Origin: Syncephalis fuscata S228
Taxonomy: Eukaryota > Fungi > Zoopagomycota
Length of the DNA stretch: 64,000 nucleotides
Direction: 5' to 3'
NCBI GenBank assembly: GCA_025786725.1
Contig: JAHLTZ010000029.1
Location: 1 to 64,000, forward strand
Numbering within the stretch: the stretch's first letter is position 1; each line of letters starts with the position of its first letter. The notes beneath the pieces are model-generated. The model saw only the letters and a list, made by a program, of their open reading frames with translations. It did not search any database and had not been told where the DNA came from. Below are positions 13,151-25,138 of the stretch, piece by piece. A program made the translations under genes and the position numbers.

Positions 13151-13573
13151 TACTTATTTTAAAATAAAATTTGCCTAAAAAGAGCTTTTGTAAACTTGCA
13201 CAAACCAAATAATTAACTACTTTATTTAGTTAGCTATTATTTTAGCACTATAAAAAAACAGCATTGATAAAAAACTTAAGAAATCATTATTATTAATCTT
13301 TTTTCAATAATTTAATATAGAAACTGAAATATGGCATAGTTAATTTACAAAGTAAAAACATGCAACTTAAAAGGTTTAATTATCAGTACAAATTACATAG
13401 ATGCTTTGTTGGTTGGTATAATAATCTTAAAGTTTTGCAAAGTAAACTACAGAAAATTTAACATGACTTGTACATATATTTCTTTAGCAATTATTGCACA
13501 TAATTATCTCTTCATTTATATACAATAACAAGTTTAATTATTGCCAATAAATAAAAACTGTTTATCTTGTTTA

Positions 13574-14940
13574 TTAAGTTGCTTTTTCTTTTGTTTCGGC
13601 TGTTGGAGATGTCAAAGAATAAATGTTAAATCGCTTCAGCTGATTATAGTGTTCGACGACACTCATACCACAGATACTCTATATGCAAACAAATCAGTAT
13701 ACCAGTCTATGCAACCTTTACCGATAACCGTCATAACCGTCACCTACCTTTAATACTTCTACAATAATTGTACGATCTGGATTTACTAGATCTACCTTGT
13801 GATGTGGACCAACAATTTGGCAATAAGTTGGATTAACTCATCACGATTTACTCGATCACAATTGCGAACTTTTGGCTGAATAGCAAACTAAATGAATACA
13901 TTATACAAATACAGTAATTTTAAGTAATTTAGCGCTATAAATAAACCAAATACATCTACCTTAATTGGATGGTCAGCCGCATCTTCTGTATGAAAGATTG
14001 GTGCTAGTACAGTGGTGGCCATACGTTCAATATCTTCCATGTTTGACCGACACGTCAGAGTAATTGGCACAAGTCGATTTGTATAACTAGCTTGATGGTT
14101 AGATTATATGTAAAATAGATGGTTGGATATTTATAAAAATCCGCTACGTGATACATACCGAGTACGTTGTTGTTGAGTATCGGCAAAATCCTGCAATATA
14201 GTCATAGCCATACTGACTGGTTCAACTGGAGATCTAGTACGAATAAATGCCACTAATTTGTCAAGTAAATACATTCGTGTATTAAATGAACATATTAACC
14301 AACACTAGTATTTTATTATTTCGTCAATAGCTTACCACATTCTGTGCTCGTGGTAAGCGAGGTAAATAACCGTGTCTGTTTCTCCTTCGTTTGCTGCATA
14401 CTCGCCAACTCTTGGGCGATTTCCTCCTCAACCGATAGTGGTGCAGTGCTCTTTGCACTCTCCCCCAGCGATGATGGATCTGCATCGGTAATGGTGGCCG
14501 TTGCCTCTGGATACAATTTCTCTGCATACTATACAATATTTAATATCAGTGTTATAATTATTAAATATAAAATAACATTGCTATTAATAATATTCATACT
14601 TGCCTCGTTTAATAAACTGTACATTTCAACGACACATCGACCTTCTTTGCCACGCGTACATGTAATAAAGAAACCCGACAGATTCGGCTCAATACCAAAA
14701 CCGGGCGACCGACCTGCGTCCCGTTTTGCCTAGCAAATTAGCACAGCATTAATATCATGATATCGCTGGCAATTCAGCGATAATTGCTGTATCTCGACAC
14801 TATTTGTCCTTCAGCGCATCATAGCCATCCTTTTCCCTCCTCCTACTTACCTGTACTGCATAGTGACTGCGTGATTTTTGTCGCTTACTATCCAACGCAC
14901 CATTACGTCCTTGACCTGTCCGTTTTCCACCAGAAGACAT
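13574..14940 (-). CDS. TAN1: THUMP-domain tRNA acetyltransferase adaptor (Tan1/THUMPD1)
   Basis: SGFFITCTRGKEGRCVVEMYSLLNE, SVEEEIAQELASM, RLVPITLTC, HKVDLVNPD, SICGMSVVEHYNQLKRFNI. Confidence 0.88.
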
Positions 14941-15160
14941 AATACGTATTGAAGATAGAATGCAAATAAAAAAGATGAGAAATGTTTACAACTTTTGCTG
15001 TTTTTATTTTATTTTTTACGTAAAACATTGCACTTACTTTCAACGTAAATATCAAAATACACTGTTGTTAAATAACACAAAGAAGCTATGTCAATACACC
15101 GGGTCGGTATTGGCCATCATATATTGTAAGTGTTTGGCAAACCATATCTACAACGTATAC

Positions 15161-17132
15161 ATGAAAACAAAATGTAATAATATATGGTTGACTAGACACA
15201 CAGCGCTAATTAGACGTGGTTTAAAATTAGCCACCATGTAAGTTTACTATTAGAATGAAACACTTATGTATATATATATATATTAATAAAGATATAACGA
15301 AATAGAACTACAAGCAGTCGATGCGCTTATCCTACAGGCGGTTTACGACGTTCCACGCTTCTGAACGGCGATAAATTACTGAAGGAAGCTAATAGCGACA
15401 TTACAGAGAATTGGTCATTACTAAACAAAAAACCTATACTGTCCACTGTATTGCTATCAGCACGTCATAAAGTCAGAGATTGGAATAGTATTTTAAGGTA
15501 AGTTTGTGTTCATAAATTAGAATATATAACAAAATGTTGATTTAACCGCATCATCTACGCGCTCATCCTCAACGAGCAGAAATGATCAAACAAAAGTGGT
15601 TGCAATAAGTCATTTACCAGCCATAATTGATAAAAACCAGCACTTTTGCATATTGATGTCGGATGGGCAATTAGTGCGTATTCTACCATTACATAAATTT
15701 TTCTGTAAGCAACTAGTGTCAATAGTAGCTGTATTATTAACGAAGAGATAATCATAACGACGATTAAACCATAGCGATTAAAACGACTTTGGGAGAAATG
15801 TTGGAAGATGAATCATTATTAAAAGTAACATTTGATGCACAATATATGGCACAGCAATTATGGCGACATGATAATGTTGCGGTGCGTAATATTGTGGATA
15901 TTCGCGAGATTGGCTGGCCAGGCCGGAAAAACGGACTTGGACTTGACATGGTGTACACAGAAGCATTTAAAGAACTTGTAAGTTATTAGGTTGTTGCAAA
16001 TATGGCGTTAAATATACAAATATGTGTATATTGAACGCTAATCGTTATACTCTAGCATGGTAGACGAGTAATTGAAAGTACAAGGCTTATTAACAGTGAC
16101 TGGGGACAGGACACTATTACAGATGAGCAAAGTCAATATGCAACAAATTTTATACAAGTAAGCAATTCATAGAGAAAAGAAACACACATGGATAATTAAC
16201 TATAATTATTAATCTGGCACTTAGTCCATCTATATGATGTATTTGAGACTATGTGCATTGCAACAAACGTCGAAAGGCGATGTGACCGATTGTCAGTATC
16301 AGTGCTATAGTGGTGGCTCCACAATCAAGAAGGAAACAGTCGATGGCTATTTACCTCGAACGGTTATTGGAACAGCACGTCGAGGCGTACTTGTCTCTAA
16401 AACAACAGCAACAACTCCAGCGAACTTGCCATTTCCAAGCAGTCCGAGCGGTATAAGTAAAATAGAAAAACGTCTTACAACCAAACAGGTGGTAGCTGCG
16501 CTAGAAGCACACGAAAAGATGCGAGAAACAACACTTTTAGACTCGATGATATATTAACCACAAAAGATAATAATTCTAAAAGCACACCAACTATTCGAAA
16601 AGTAGCCCGTAGAACTGTTTCCAGTGCTATGAATACAGCCTTCAAAGATATATTTGATCAAATGACAAAGTATAAATTAGAAGCACGCGACCAAATACCA
16701 CCTTTAGTAACAAAATCATCGATTCTTCCATCATCTTCTAAAGTAGCATCAGCATCATCGCCGGCAAAGGTAACAACAAGGATAACAGAAACAGTAGCAA
16801 CAACAGTAGCAACAGCAACAGCATTATCAGTTAATCCGACACAATCATCAGAAAAAGTACTAAATCAATTACTAGATATAATGAAAGACCCAAACCGATT
16901 AAAACTATTGGAACAACTATTGGCAGCTATTAATGATGAAATTAAAATTGATCAAATCATTAATAATTTACCATCTGACCGACTAAGCCAACTGGAAAAT
17001 GCTTTAATCAGTCCATTACCAAATAAACAAACTGACTGCGATGATGTCAAGGATAAGAACGAGAACGACAATGATATCAACAACAACAACAAGTATAATG
17101 ATCTATACCAACACTATTTATATAATAGATAA
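15161..17132 (+). CDS. DEDD/WRN-type 3'-5' exonuclease-fold protein, apparently catalytically degenerate, with a low-complexity C-terminus (model approximate, includes a frameshift)
   Basis: LGEMLEDESLLKVTFD...VRNIVDI...GLGLDMV...NSDWGQDTITDEQSQYA follows the DNA_pol_A_exo1 pattern. GT-AG introns link the exons. Confidence 0.5.
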
Positions 17133-17213
17133 ATTATAATCGTATAACCAACGTTTTATTTAGTGTAACAAAGTTTGAATAATAAACTCTTAAATTCAAT
17201 CTATGATTCATTA

Positions 17214-19262
17214 TTATAACGGTGGATTACGTCTAAATGTCCCATGGCTATTGGTTGTGCCTCCACCTGATGGCTGCATTGATGGCGATGCTGTCTGAGC
17301 AGGTGTGTTAGATGATAGCGGTGACATTGCAGATCCAACCGGTAACTGAGATGGCATACCAGTAGCATTTGAATGGCTATTGCTATTCCCGCTATTAGTA
17401 TTATAATGTATAGGTGGCGATCGACCAAAAAAGGCCATGTCTAAACGGTGGTGACCCTGAGCGTATCATTGGATCGAGCGTAGATCCAGTAAGTAAATTA
17501 TTATTTACAGGCGGTGAATGACCTCCAAACCTAATAACCATAAATAAGTATTTACATTAATAAAAATGCTTTAATTGTTATTACCGCTGATTAGTGTGCT
17601 GTGGGTGATGTGATGATGGTATAGGACGTGGACTCATTCTTCCCATAGTGCTCCACCTGGTGCATAGCCTGCCATGGCATTGGGGCCAGTATTAACACCT
17701 GCCATGCGTGGCCGCTTTTCTCGAGGCAATTCATAATGCCCACTGTTAATCGCGATATTTGTATTTGCACTAGCATTATTGGAAAATAGGTTCGATAGAC
17801 CAGATGGTGTATTGCTGCTGGCTGAATTGCCACCAACTGTTCCCGATCCTCCACCGGTGGCTAAAGCAGTATTGGATGCCAATGATCCCGATGCCAATGT
17901 ACTAAATGATGCTGGTGGATTGGCATTGGCTGTCGATAAAATAGGAGATCGTCGTGGAAATAATCCACTATTACTAGGTTGATTATTGGCTGCCATGGCA
18001 TAATCCGCGTAAGATGTTGGTAGTGCTGGTGCTTGTCCATAAGATGGATTCATTTTATTCGGGTAATATGGCATCATACGCGGCGATAGCGGTGGCGATA
18101 CAGATGGCAATAATGGTGGTGGTGGTGAATTAAGTGATGGATTCATTCTAGGTGACTGCAGTGTTGTGCGTCTAAAAAACTTATTATCAATTACTTTATC
18201 GAAGAACTGGTTTAATCGATCCACTACTGGTGATCCATTGACAAAGTGAGACGGGGCAACACTGCACTAATAAAATGTTAGTATAATTATTGGCTATGTT
18301 GGTATTTATTAGCGATATTTACCAATTGAACAACATCTCCATCAAATTCTTCGACAATACTATATCGACGTGGTCTTGCATTGCCACCGCCATTTGGATG
18401 GTTACCACAACTACTGTTGTTACCATGATTCATGGTAGATTCTAATCGATCTGCCATTGTACCAACTAGTAGTACAGGCGCTGAAATACCCGTCTCAGTT
18501 GTTATTCTTACTTCAACATCGGCACCTATACATAGATTTAATATACCGCATTATTTATCCACACTACTGCTGCAGTTGCTAACCAGAATGAGCTCGACGT
18601 CTTGCTTGGAGGCTGCCTCTATTCATTGCATATGGATTGCTTGTACTTGTATTTAGAACTGGACTAGCTGTTGATGCCGTTGATACGACACTAATGGTAT
18701 TTTCATGGCTGGCACTAACACCGCCACTACTACTGTTGCTATTACCAAATGCGCCGGCTTGTGTTGCCTCAGACATCCAACGCCACAAATGTTGGTAAGA
18801 ACGCCGGTTGGACGGGTCGTGTACGAGTATAACGCCGTCAACCTTTTTTTGCGCGTATAAACACCGTCGTGCCATAGGATGTTTACCAGCACCCGCCACC
18901 TCTAGTAGCTCTATCCAACATCGTTTTCTCTTGTGTTCGTATACCTATAATTAAGATTAACCAGTCATACGGTATAAGTACACACGCCTTTCAACCGCGT
19001 AACATTTGCTAATACTTGCCTTAACATCAACATGGAAGCCTATCGTGGCCCGTGCGTCGCGTAGTGGTTCATGATGACATAGCATATGAATGAGTGAACT
19101 CTTGCCCTAGTATAACTGATTAGACCAAAAAAACAACATGCAAACGCCCAATTAGCCGTTCATTGCCTATTATATACTTACTACACCGCGATCACCTAGT
19201 ACGAGTATGCGTACACGGTCGCCGGTTTCAACAATACGTGCTGCACTAGGTGAAATATTCAT
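17214..19262 (-). CDS. RabL3-like small GTPase with a long Ser/Asn/Pro-rich C-terminal extension
   Basis: VRILVLGDRGVGKSSLIHMLC, TIGFHVDVK, WIELLEVAG, VDGVILVHDPSNRRSYQHLWRW match the RABL3/LIP1 pattern; no CAAX box. Confidence 0.65.
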
Positions 19263-19320
19263 GGATAACAGGGAAAAAGAACAATAAAGCGTTTTAGCCT
19301 TGCGTTGACAACTTTAACAC

Positions 19321-19321
<1 letters not shown>

Positions 19322-19350
<29 letters not shown>
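19322..19350. repeat. (TAA)n microsatellite
   Basis: Directly visible. Confidence 0.85.
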
Positions 19351-19354
<4 letters not shown>

Positions 19355-19872
19355 TTATTACACTTTGTTATGACTGTTGTTAATAACATTACTCATTTAG
19401 ACTACACATTTGATTTGATACTATTTTGTTTGCTTTCTGTTTATACTGAATAATTAAATATAAACTAGGATTATAAAATAGTTTATTTTCACCTTCTTAT
19501 AACATAAATAATATACATTAAAACGAATTTTATATCATATATGATTATATAATTAAAAGTGCTGCAACATTTTGTGAATGTCAAACAAGCTGGAACAAAT
19601 ATCTAGGCTGCACAACATTATACAATTGATTCATGAGTATACGCGGGTCTCAAATTGCCACATAGATGTATTGTCATTGGCCTACATTGCATTTTAGCTG
19701 CATACCTCATAAGTACATTATAATGCTATTCAAAATAGCCGTAGACTTAAATAGCTCACATAGTACACACAGCTAGCTATCGGTATTATCGTCACATTCT
19801 ACTTTTTGCCAAATATGTAATACTGTCTGCTTTATACTATCATACTCTGTTGTTTATTCTGCTTGTTTGTCT

Positions 19873-21142
19873 TTGCAATTCGATATTACTATAAAGCCTT
19901 CCATTGCTGTCGTCTGTATTATCGCTGTGGATTTTGTTGCCAACATTGCCATGATGGATGCTATGCCAGCTCCAGTTCGTCATCGTATGTTGGTATTACA
20001 TTAGATAGGCAATAGTGCTGTACTTACTGATACACGCTTAACTAATGATATCATTAAAGCGCAAGTTGTACTTATCAATTGTCGTGCTAATACTTGTTTT
20101 ATAACACTGTTCATATGATAAAGACCATAAATATTGCTTGTTAATATAGATCGATTAAATTGATACTATCAGCTCAAGGTAATCTGAACATGAAATAATG
20201 AATCAAATACCATACTAAGGATATTGATATTTTGGATTTAAATCAAAATCTAAGTTATAACTAAAATGGCCACTTGTTTGATCAAACATTAATTTAACAA
20301 ATATAAATAGAACATAAGTAGTATTTGTGTTGACCAGCTATATGCTAATTAAATTCCACGTAAATAGGCTAATCCTATGCTATGCACTAATCACACTACA
20401 AATTTTGTTAACAATTCAATATTAACAGGGCGTAAACAGTATTTATATTAACTAACTACACATTAATTGCATTCTATATAATCTGTGCATTTACGAATTA
20501 ATATTAACAGGCGGTAAGTGATATTGCATACTAGCCAGCTATGTGCTAATTAAATACCGTATACTCTGCATATCAACAATCCAATATCCATAGGCAGTAG
20601 GCGATATTGTATAAACACTATCTTTGCACTCATCAAACGATACGTATTGCACGCACCAACACCTAATATTAGTAGATGACAAGTGGAATGCAGATTAATT
20701 GCCGGCTTATTAATTACGTGTTATTTGCTGTGTGGATGAATAAATTAATATTGATAAATCATAAGTAATATGCATACCAACTAGACAAGTACTAATTACA
20801 TGTTATACATTGTGGTGCTTAATAACGTGTATTGATAAAAGGTAAATAAAACTATATGGTGCTGGCTTGCACACTAATTATATGGCATGCAATATGTTCA
20901 ACTATGATTACATGATAACTGGTACTTTTAAATCTTTAACACTGGAACGATAATTGAGCCGCCAGTCATATACACTTTAGCTATATACTCGACAAAAAAC
21001 AAGACCATTCAAACTGCCCTCTAATCCATCATACACCAAGCACCGTCCAATGTCTCAGTTTATTCAACTTTTAATCAATGGAATTGGTATATTACCAACA
21101 AGTCTGGATTTAATTGAATTTATTCAGCTATGCAAACTTTAG
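19873..21142 (+). pseudogene. Putative secreted micro-exon gene (signal-peptide exon, run of 3-6 nt exons, terminal exon), partly decayed
   Basis: Exon 19873-19984 reads (L)QFDITIKPSIAVVCIIAVDFVANIAMMDAMPAPVRH followed by GTATGT. Repeated acceptor|NNN|donor units follow, then tttag and a 53-codon open frame 20981-21142. Start codon is TTG and several splice sites have G>A changes. Confidence 0.5.
20400..20930 (+). repeat. Degenerate tandem array, period 80-83 bp, 7 units; each unit is an intron-like stretch plus a 3-nt exon-like triplet
   Basis: Triplets start at 20429, 20511, 20594, 20676, 20758, 20839 and 20919. Shared aatatt(a/g)..ag, gtaag and ctaatta motifs. Confidence 0.8.
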
Positions 21143-21383
21143 GAATAAACACACGGTCCCATCTTAGCTATACGTAATCAGATTATTTTATTTATATCCA
21201 TATCTTATCTGCATTTAATGCTAAACAAACAGCAATCAAATAAATATTATTATTGAATTTATACATTTATATTGTATTGCAAGTATAAAATCCAGTTTGC
21301 CTGCAACAATATTTTTATTCAAATAGCAATACTGTTAAAAACAATTATATTTAAATAAAAATATTTCAATACATAAAAATAAT

Positions 21384-22789
21384 TTATTCAGATGCTCCAT
21401 CGCTATTATCATCGTTATCGGATTCATCAGATTCATAATTGAATCGTCATCGTCATCTTCAGATTCACTGCCAATACAAAAGTCCTCATCATCTTCGTCG
21501 TCATCGTCGTCGTCACCATTAACATTATCCACAAGCATTTGACTAGTAGCCGATAAAGTATCGTTATTTGTCTTTGCTTTTGCTCCTGCAGTTGACGATG
21601 CATCCTTATTCGTTGCTTGACTGCTATTACTATTACTATTAGGCGATTGATATAATTCGGGTGCCTCTAATTTGGCCCATCGCACATAGGCTACAATCGG
21701 TTCGAAATCTCCAGCATCAATCATAGCAAATTCCACCATTCGATCCTTTTCTTTTTTGTTATTGCTAGACTCTACACTATTAGTCGAAGGTATCGGCTGC
21801 TCTGGTTGTTTAAGTGTAATACATAAAGAAAAGGTACGCGACGTAATAGTTGCCACACTAACTTGAGCAATATCGGTTAGTGGTAAATAGAGAACTGGTT
21901 TACGGAATCCAAAAAACAATCCATGATCTAGAAAGAATAAATAACCATCACGAGTCTTCAAATGACAATTAACATAGCTGCGTGAAGGCAAAGCGTTGCT
22001 CTTGTTTGTAGAAATAGGATTAAAGCCTGAAGATGGCCCTTTAACTGAGTGGCCTGTCCATTGTTCCAATTGCTTAATAATAAAAGAACAATTTTTTGAT
22101 GTTGATTCTGTTGTATTGGCCGCTGGCTCTATACTTAGCGTTTCAGCATCACCAAATCCAAAGGCTACAATTTCAACATCTCCTTTTAGCGTAGCACTGC
22201 TAGCATTGGTATTAATATTACTATTGGTAGTGGATAACGGTAGAATAAATACAATGGTCCAATGAGGTCCAGAGGAAGTGGGACGACCTGGTGTAGGTAG
22301 ACAGAAAACATCGCGGATACAACTATATGAAAAGCTTGTCTCTACCGTTTGGTTGGATCGTCGCAAACGTACACCGTTTTGTGTCAGTTCTAAATCTAAT
22401 TTCTTACGAGGCACGGTAAAAGAAAGTGTTTTTACTGTCAGTACAGCCGCTGATTGGTCTTCTTTATTATTATCGATTTGCATAGGAGTAGCAATAGCTA
22501 CGCTCGGTACCGTGCTGCTGGTGGTGGTGGTGGCAGCACTTGCCTGTGAAGGAGGTGGCGAAGCAGGTCGACGCTTTTTATTAGCAGGTAGTTCATTCGC
22601 GGCTACCGTTTCGTCGATTCTGGCTCGCGTAGCATTGGCAGACTTGAGCTCGCATTCAAGTAATTCAATGCGGCAGGCAAAATGCGTAATAATACGATCT
22701 ATCGTCTGAGAAGCGTGCGCACCTGTGGCCGCCAGCACGCCAGCCAACGTACGTGTAGTTGGATCTGTAATGAGTGATAGCTTACTCAT
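21384..22789 (-). CDS. Rtt106/SSRP1-type double-PH histone chaperone-like protein with acidic tail (frameshift at ~21440; likely true stop 21384)
   Basis: LSFTVPRKKLDL, YVNCHLKTRDGYLFFLDHGLFFGFRKPVLY, ITSRTFSL, VEFAMID. The alternative frame gives NYESDESDNDDNSDGASE*. Confidence 0.75.
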
Positions 22790-23231
22790 ACTGCTCGTAT
22801 CAGCCGTTGAGCTAGTATTACTGCAGTTACGAGTACTAATATTACTATTACGAATAAGTTAAAGTTTACAGGGGAAATGGCGCGTTGTAATCCACGAAAC
22901 GTAAAAGTAATCAACAATAAGCACAGTATATCAATATTAATAAATATTGTTCATTTTTAATCATTTAAATTTTTCATACATTTCAAACGAGCAAATGTCA
23001 TCACAACTATTTGTACTAAATTAACTTTATACGATAATTGTCACATCATCACCGCTACCATCATTAACTCTAGCTCTATTAGTAGTTGCAATAGAATAGA
23101 GACGTTGGTAGTGGCAAACACAACAAGTGGCAATAATAGGTAACTTGTCTCAAAGAAATCTACCGCACACGTACAAACATGCGCACACAGAGACACGCTT
23201 TGACTTAAAAACGAAACAACAACACAACTGT

Positions 23232-25138
23232 TTAAGAAAGGAAATCGGCCAATCGTTCGACTACAATGCCCATCGATGGACGCTTCGTCGCATCTTGATG
23301 CCACATCTCTTCAATAAGATGCAATAGCGGAGCAGGATACTTGAGCAACTTCACCATCGATGGTCGATGCCCATTGTCACGTACTACAAATTAAATAGTT
23401 TAGTATCAGAACAAACAGTTATTGCACAACTAAATATATAGCTTACCTTGCACATAAAGCTGATGTTCAGTCAAATCATGATAAGGGAAAGGTTCCGCGG
23501 CCCATTGTAGAATCTCCCAAAAGATTAGACCACAGGCATATACCTATAGTAGTAAATTAAATGATTGATTAATTGATGAATAGATTATAATAACGATTAA
23601 TAGCTTACATCCACCTATATTATTATTATTGTAACATTATATTAAATAATTAAAAAATGAATAAGTTAATACAATAGTCATAACTAAATGCCATTATAGT
23701 ATACCTTTTCGGTGTAGCTTGGATTGGGTGTCCAGAATTCAGGTGCTACATTGCATAAGTCTTTACGCTTAAATAACATCATTCGATGCTTGCTTACCTT
23801 GCCTATTAATGCTTATTAGCTAACTATATTTAAGAGTTGATAAAGATAACTTACCAGTTAGGTGTACCACACTGTGTATGCATTACAGTATTGTTACGAG
23901 GACGAATACGTGCAAGACCAAAGTCATTAATCTTGGCGCGGCTATCTGCACTGATCTATTGACAGTTTGTGTATTAATATAAAACTGGCTATAATAAGAA
24001 GGTACTTGCTAGAATATTCATGGATTTCAAATCACGGTGAATAATGCTTGGACGTCTTGTATGCAAGTACGATACGCCGAAAGCAATATCATGCATATAC
24101 ATAAGCTAATTAAAAATATTACTATTATGATTACTGTAGAAAAGTCATTCTATTTACCTGTTGAGAAAATGTAGGTCTTTTAGCCTTACGCATATAGTCG
24201 TATAAATCACCGTTGTCACATAACTCAGTGACTATGCATAGATGTTTAGAGCTAGTGCAAACACCAATAAATCGCACAATGTTATCGTGGCGCAATTGTC
24301 TGTTGTTTGAAAGTAATAGTTGATTATTAAATCTGTAAATTGTAGTCAATAACTTACTTTAAAACACTTATTTCGTGTTTGATTTCCAAGAAATCTTCTT
24401 TACTAAAGTCGCCTACACGAATTTCACCAATTGCCACGGGATTCTAATAACAATAATAATAATAATCAAATCAATTAATCATCCATTATTATTAATATAT
24501 TTATGTCATTATATATTACTTACACCGCTATAAGTACCGGCAAAACAATCTTTAAAGCCACCAGCACCCAATTTACGACCATAGGTAAGTTGATCGTAGG
24601 CAATCTCGCCAATTTCAGCTCGATCAGCATCATCAATGAGCATACGGCTTAATTGCACAGAATTGACGGGTGCCTTTTTGACGGGCTCCTTTGGCTCGGC
24701 AGCCATGAGTTTGGGCGTTGCCGGTACAGGTACGGGTCGCATGCCAAGTTTCTATATAAACCATCGATGATATGCCATTAGTATTCCGACAGATAATGTC
24801 AATGATAAGGGCGGAGACCCAATTTATCGTACCCAATCCATGAGTGCTTGAATAAGTGCTTCTTTGGTACCTTCTGTTGCTAAGCCTTAATAGAAATAAA
24901 TTAATACACACTGCCTATTCATTTGACATCTAGTCAATTACCGCGTTCTTGACACAAAGCAATTAAATCTGCTTTGAATAGCTTGTTAAGCGAAAACTAA
25001 TAGCAACAACATGACAATAGTTAGCATGGCACACTTTTAGTTGAACGAGAACTGCTTGTTCTATCGTCGTTTGACGCCCACCCAATCCTGATTCTCCAAC
25101 ATCTCATCCATGTGTCGTGCAATAGTTTGAAACGTCAT
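23232..25138 (-). CDS. TKL-like protein kinase with an N-terminal SAP-like domain and a WNK-type displaced lysine; many exons including 5-nt and 6-nt micro-exons
   Basis: LGAGGFKDCFAG, VAIGE, LRHDNIVRFIGVC, IIHRDLKSMNIL, DFGLAR, CGTPNWQAPE, YTEKVDVYACG, KRPSM. N-terminus LNKLFKADLIALCQER..LATEGTKEALIQAL. Confidence 0.85.

Noticed and set aside
20400-20930. CRISPR-like repeat/spacer array
   Set aside because: Eukaryotic context, no identical repeats, no cas genes; whole units are homologous and carry splice signals.
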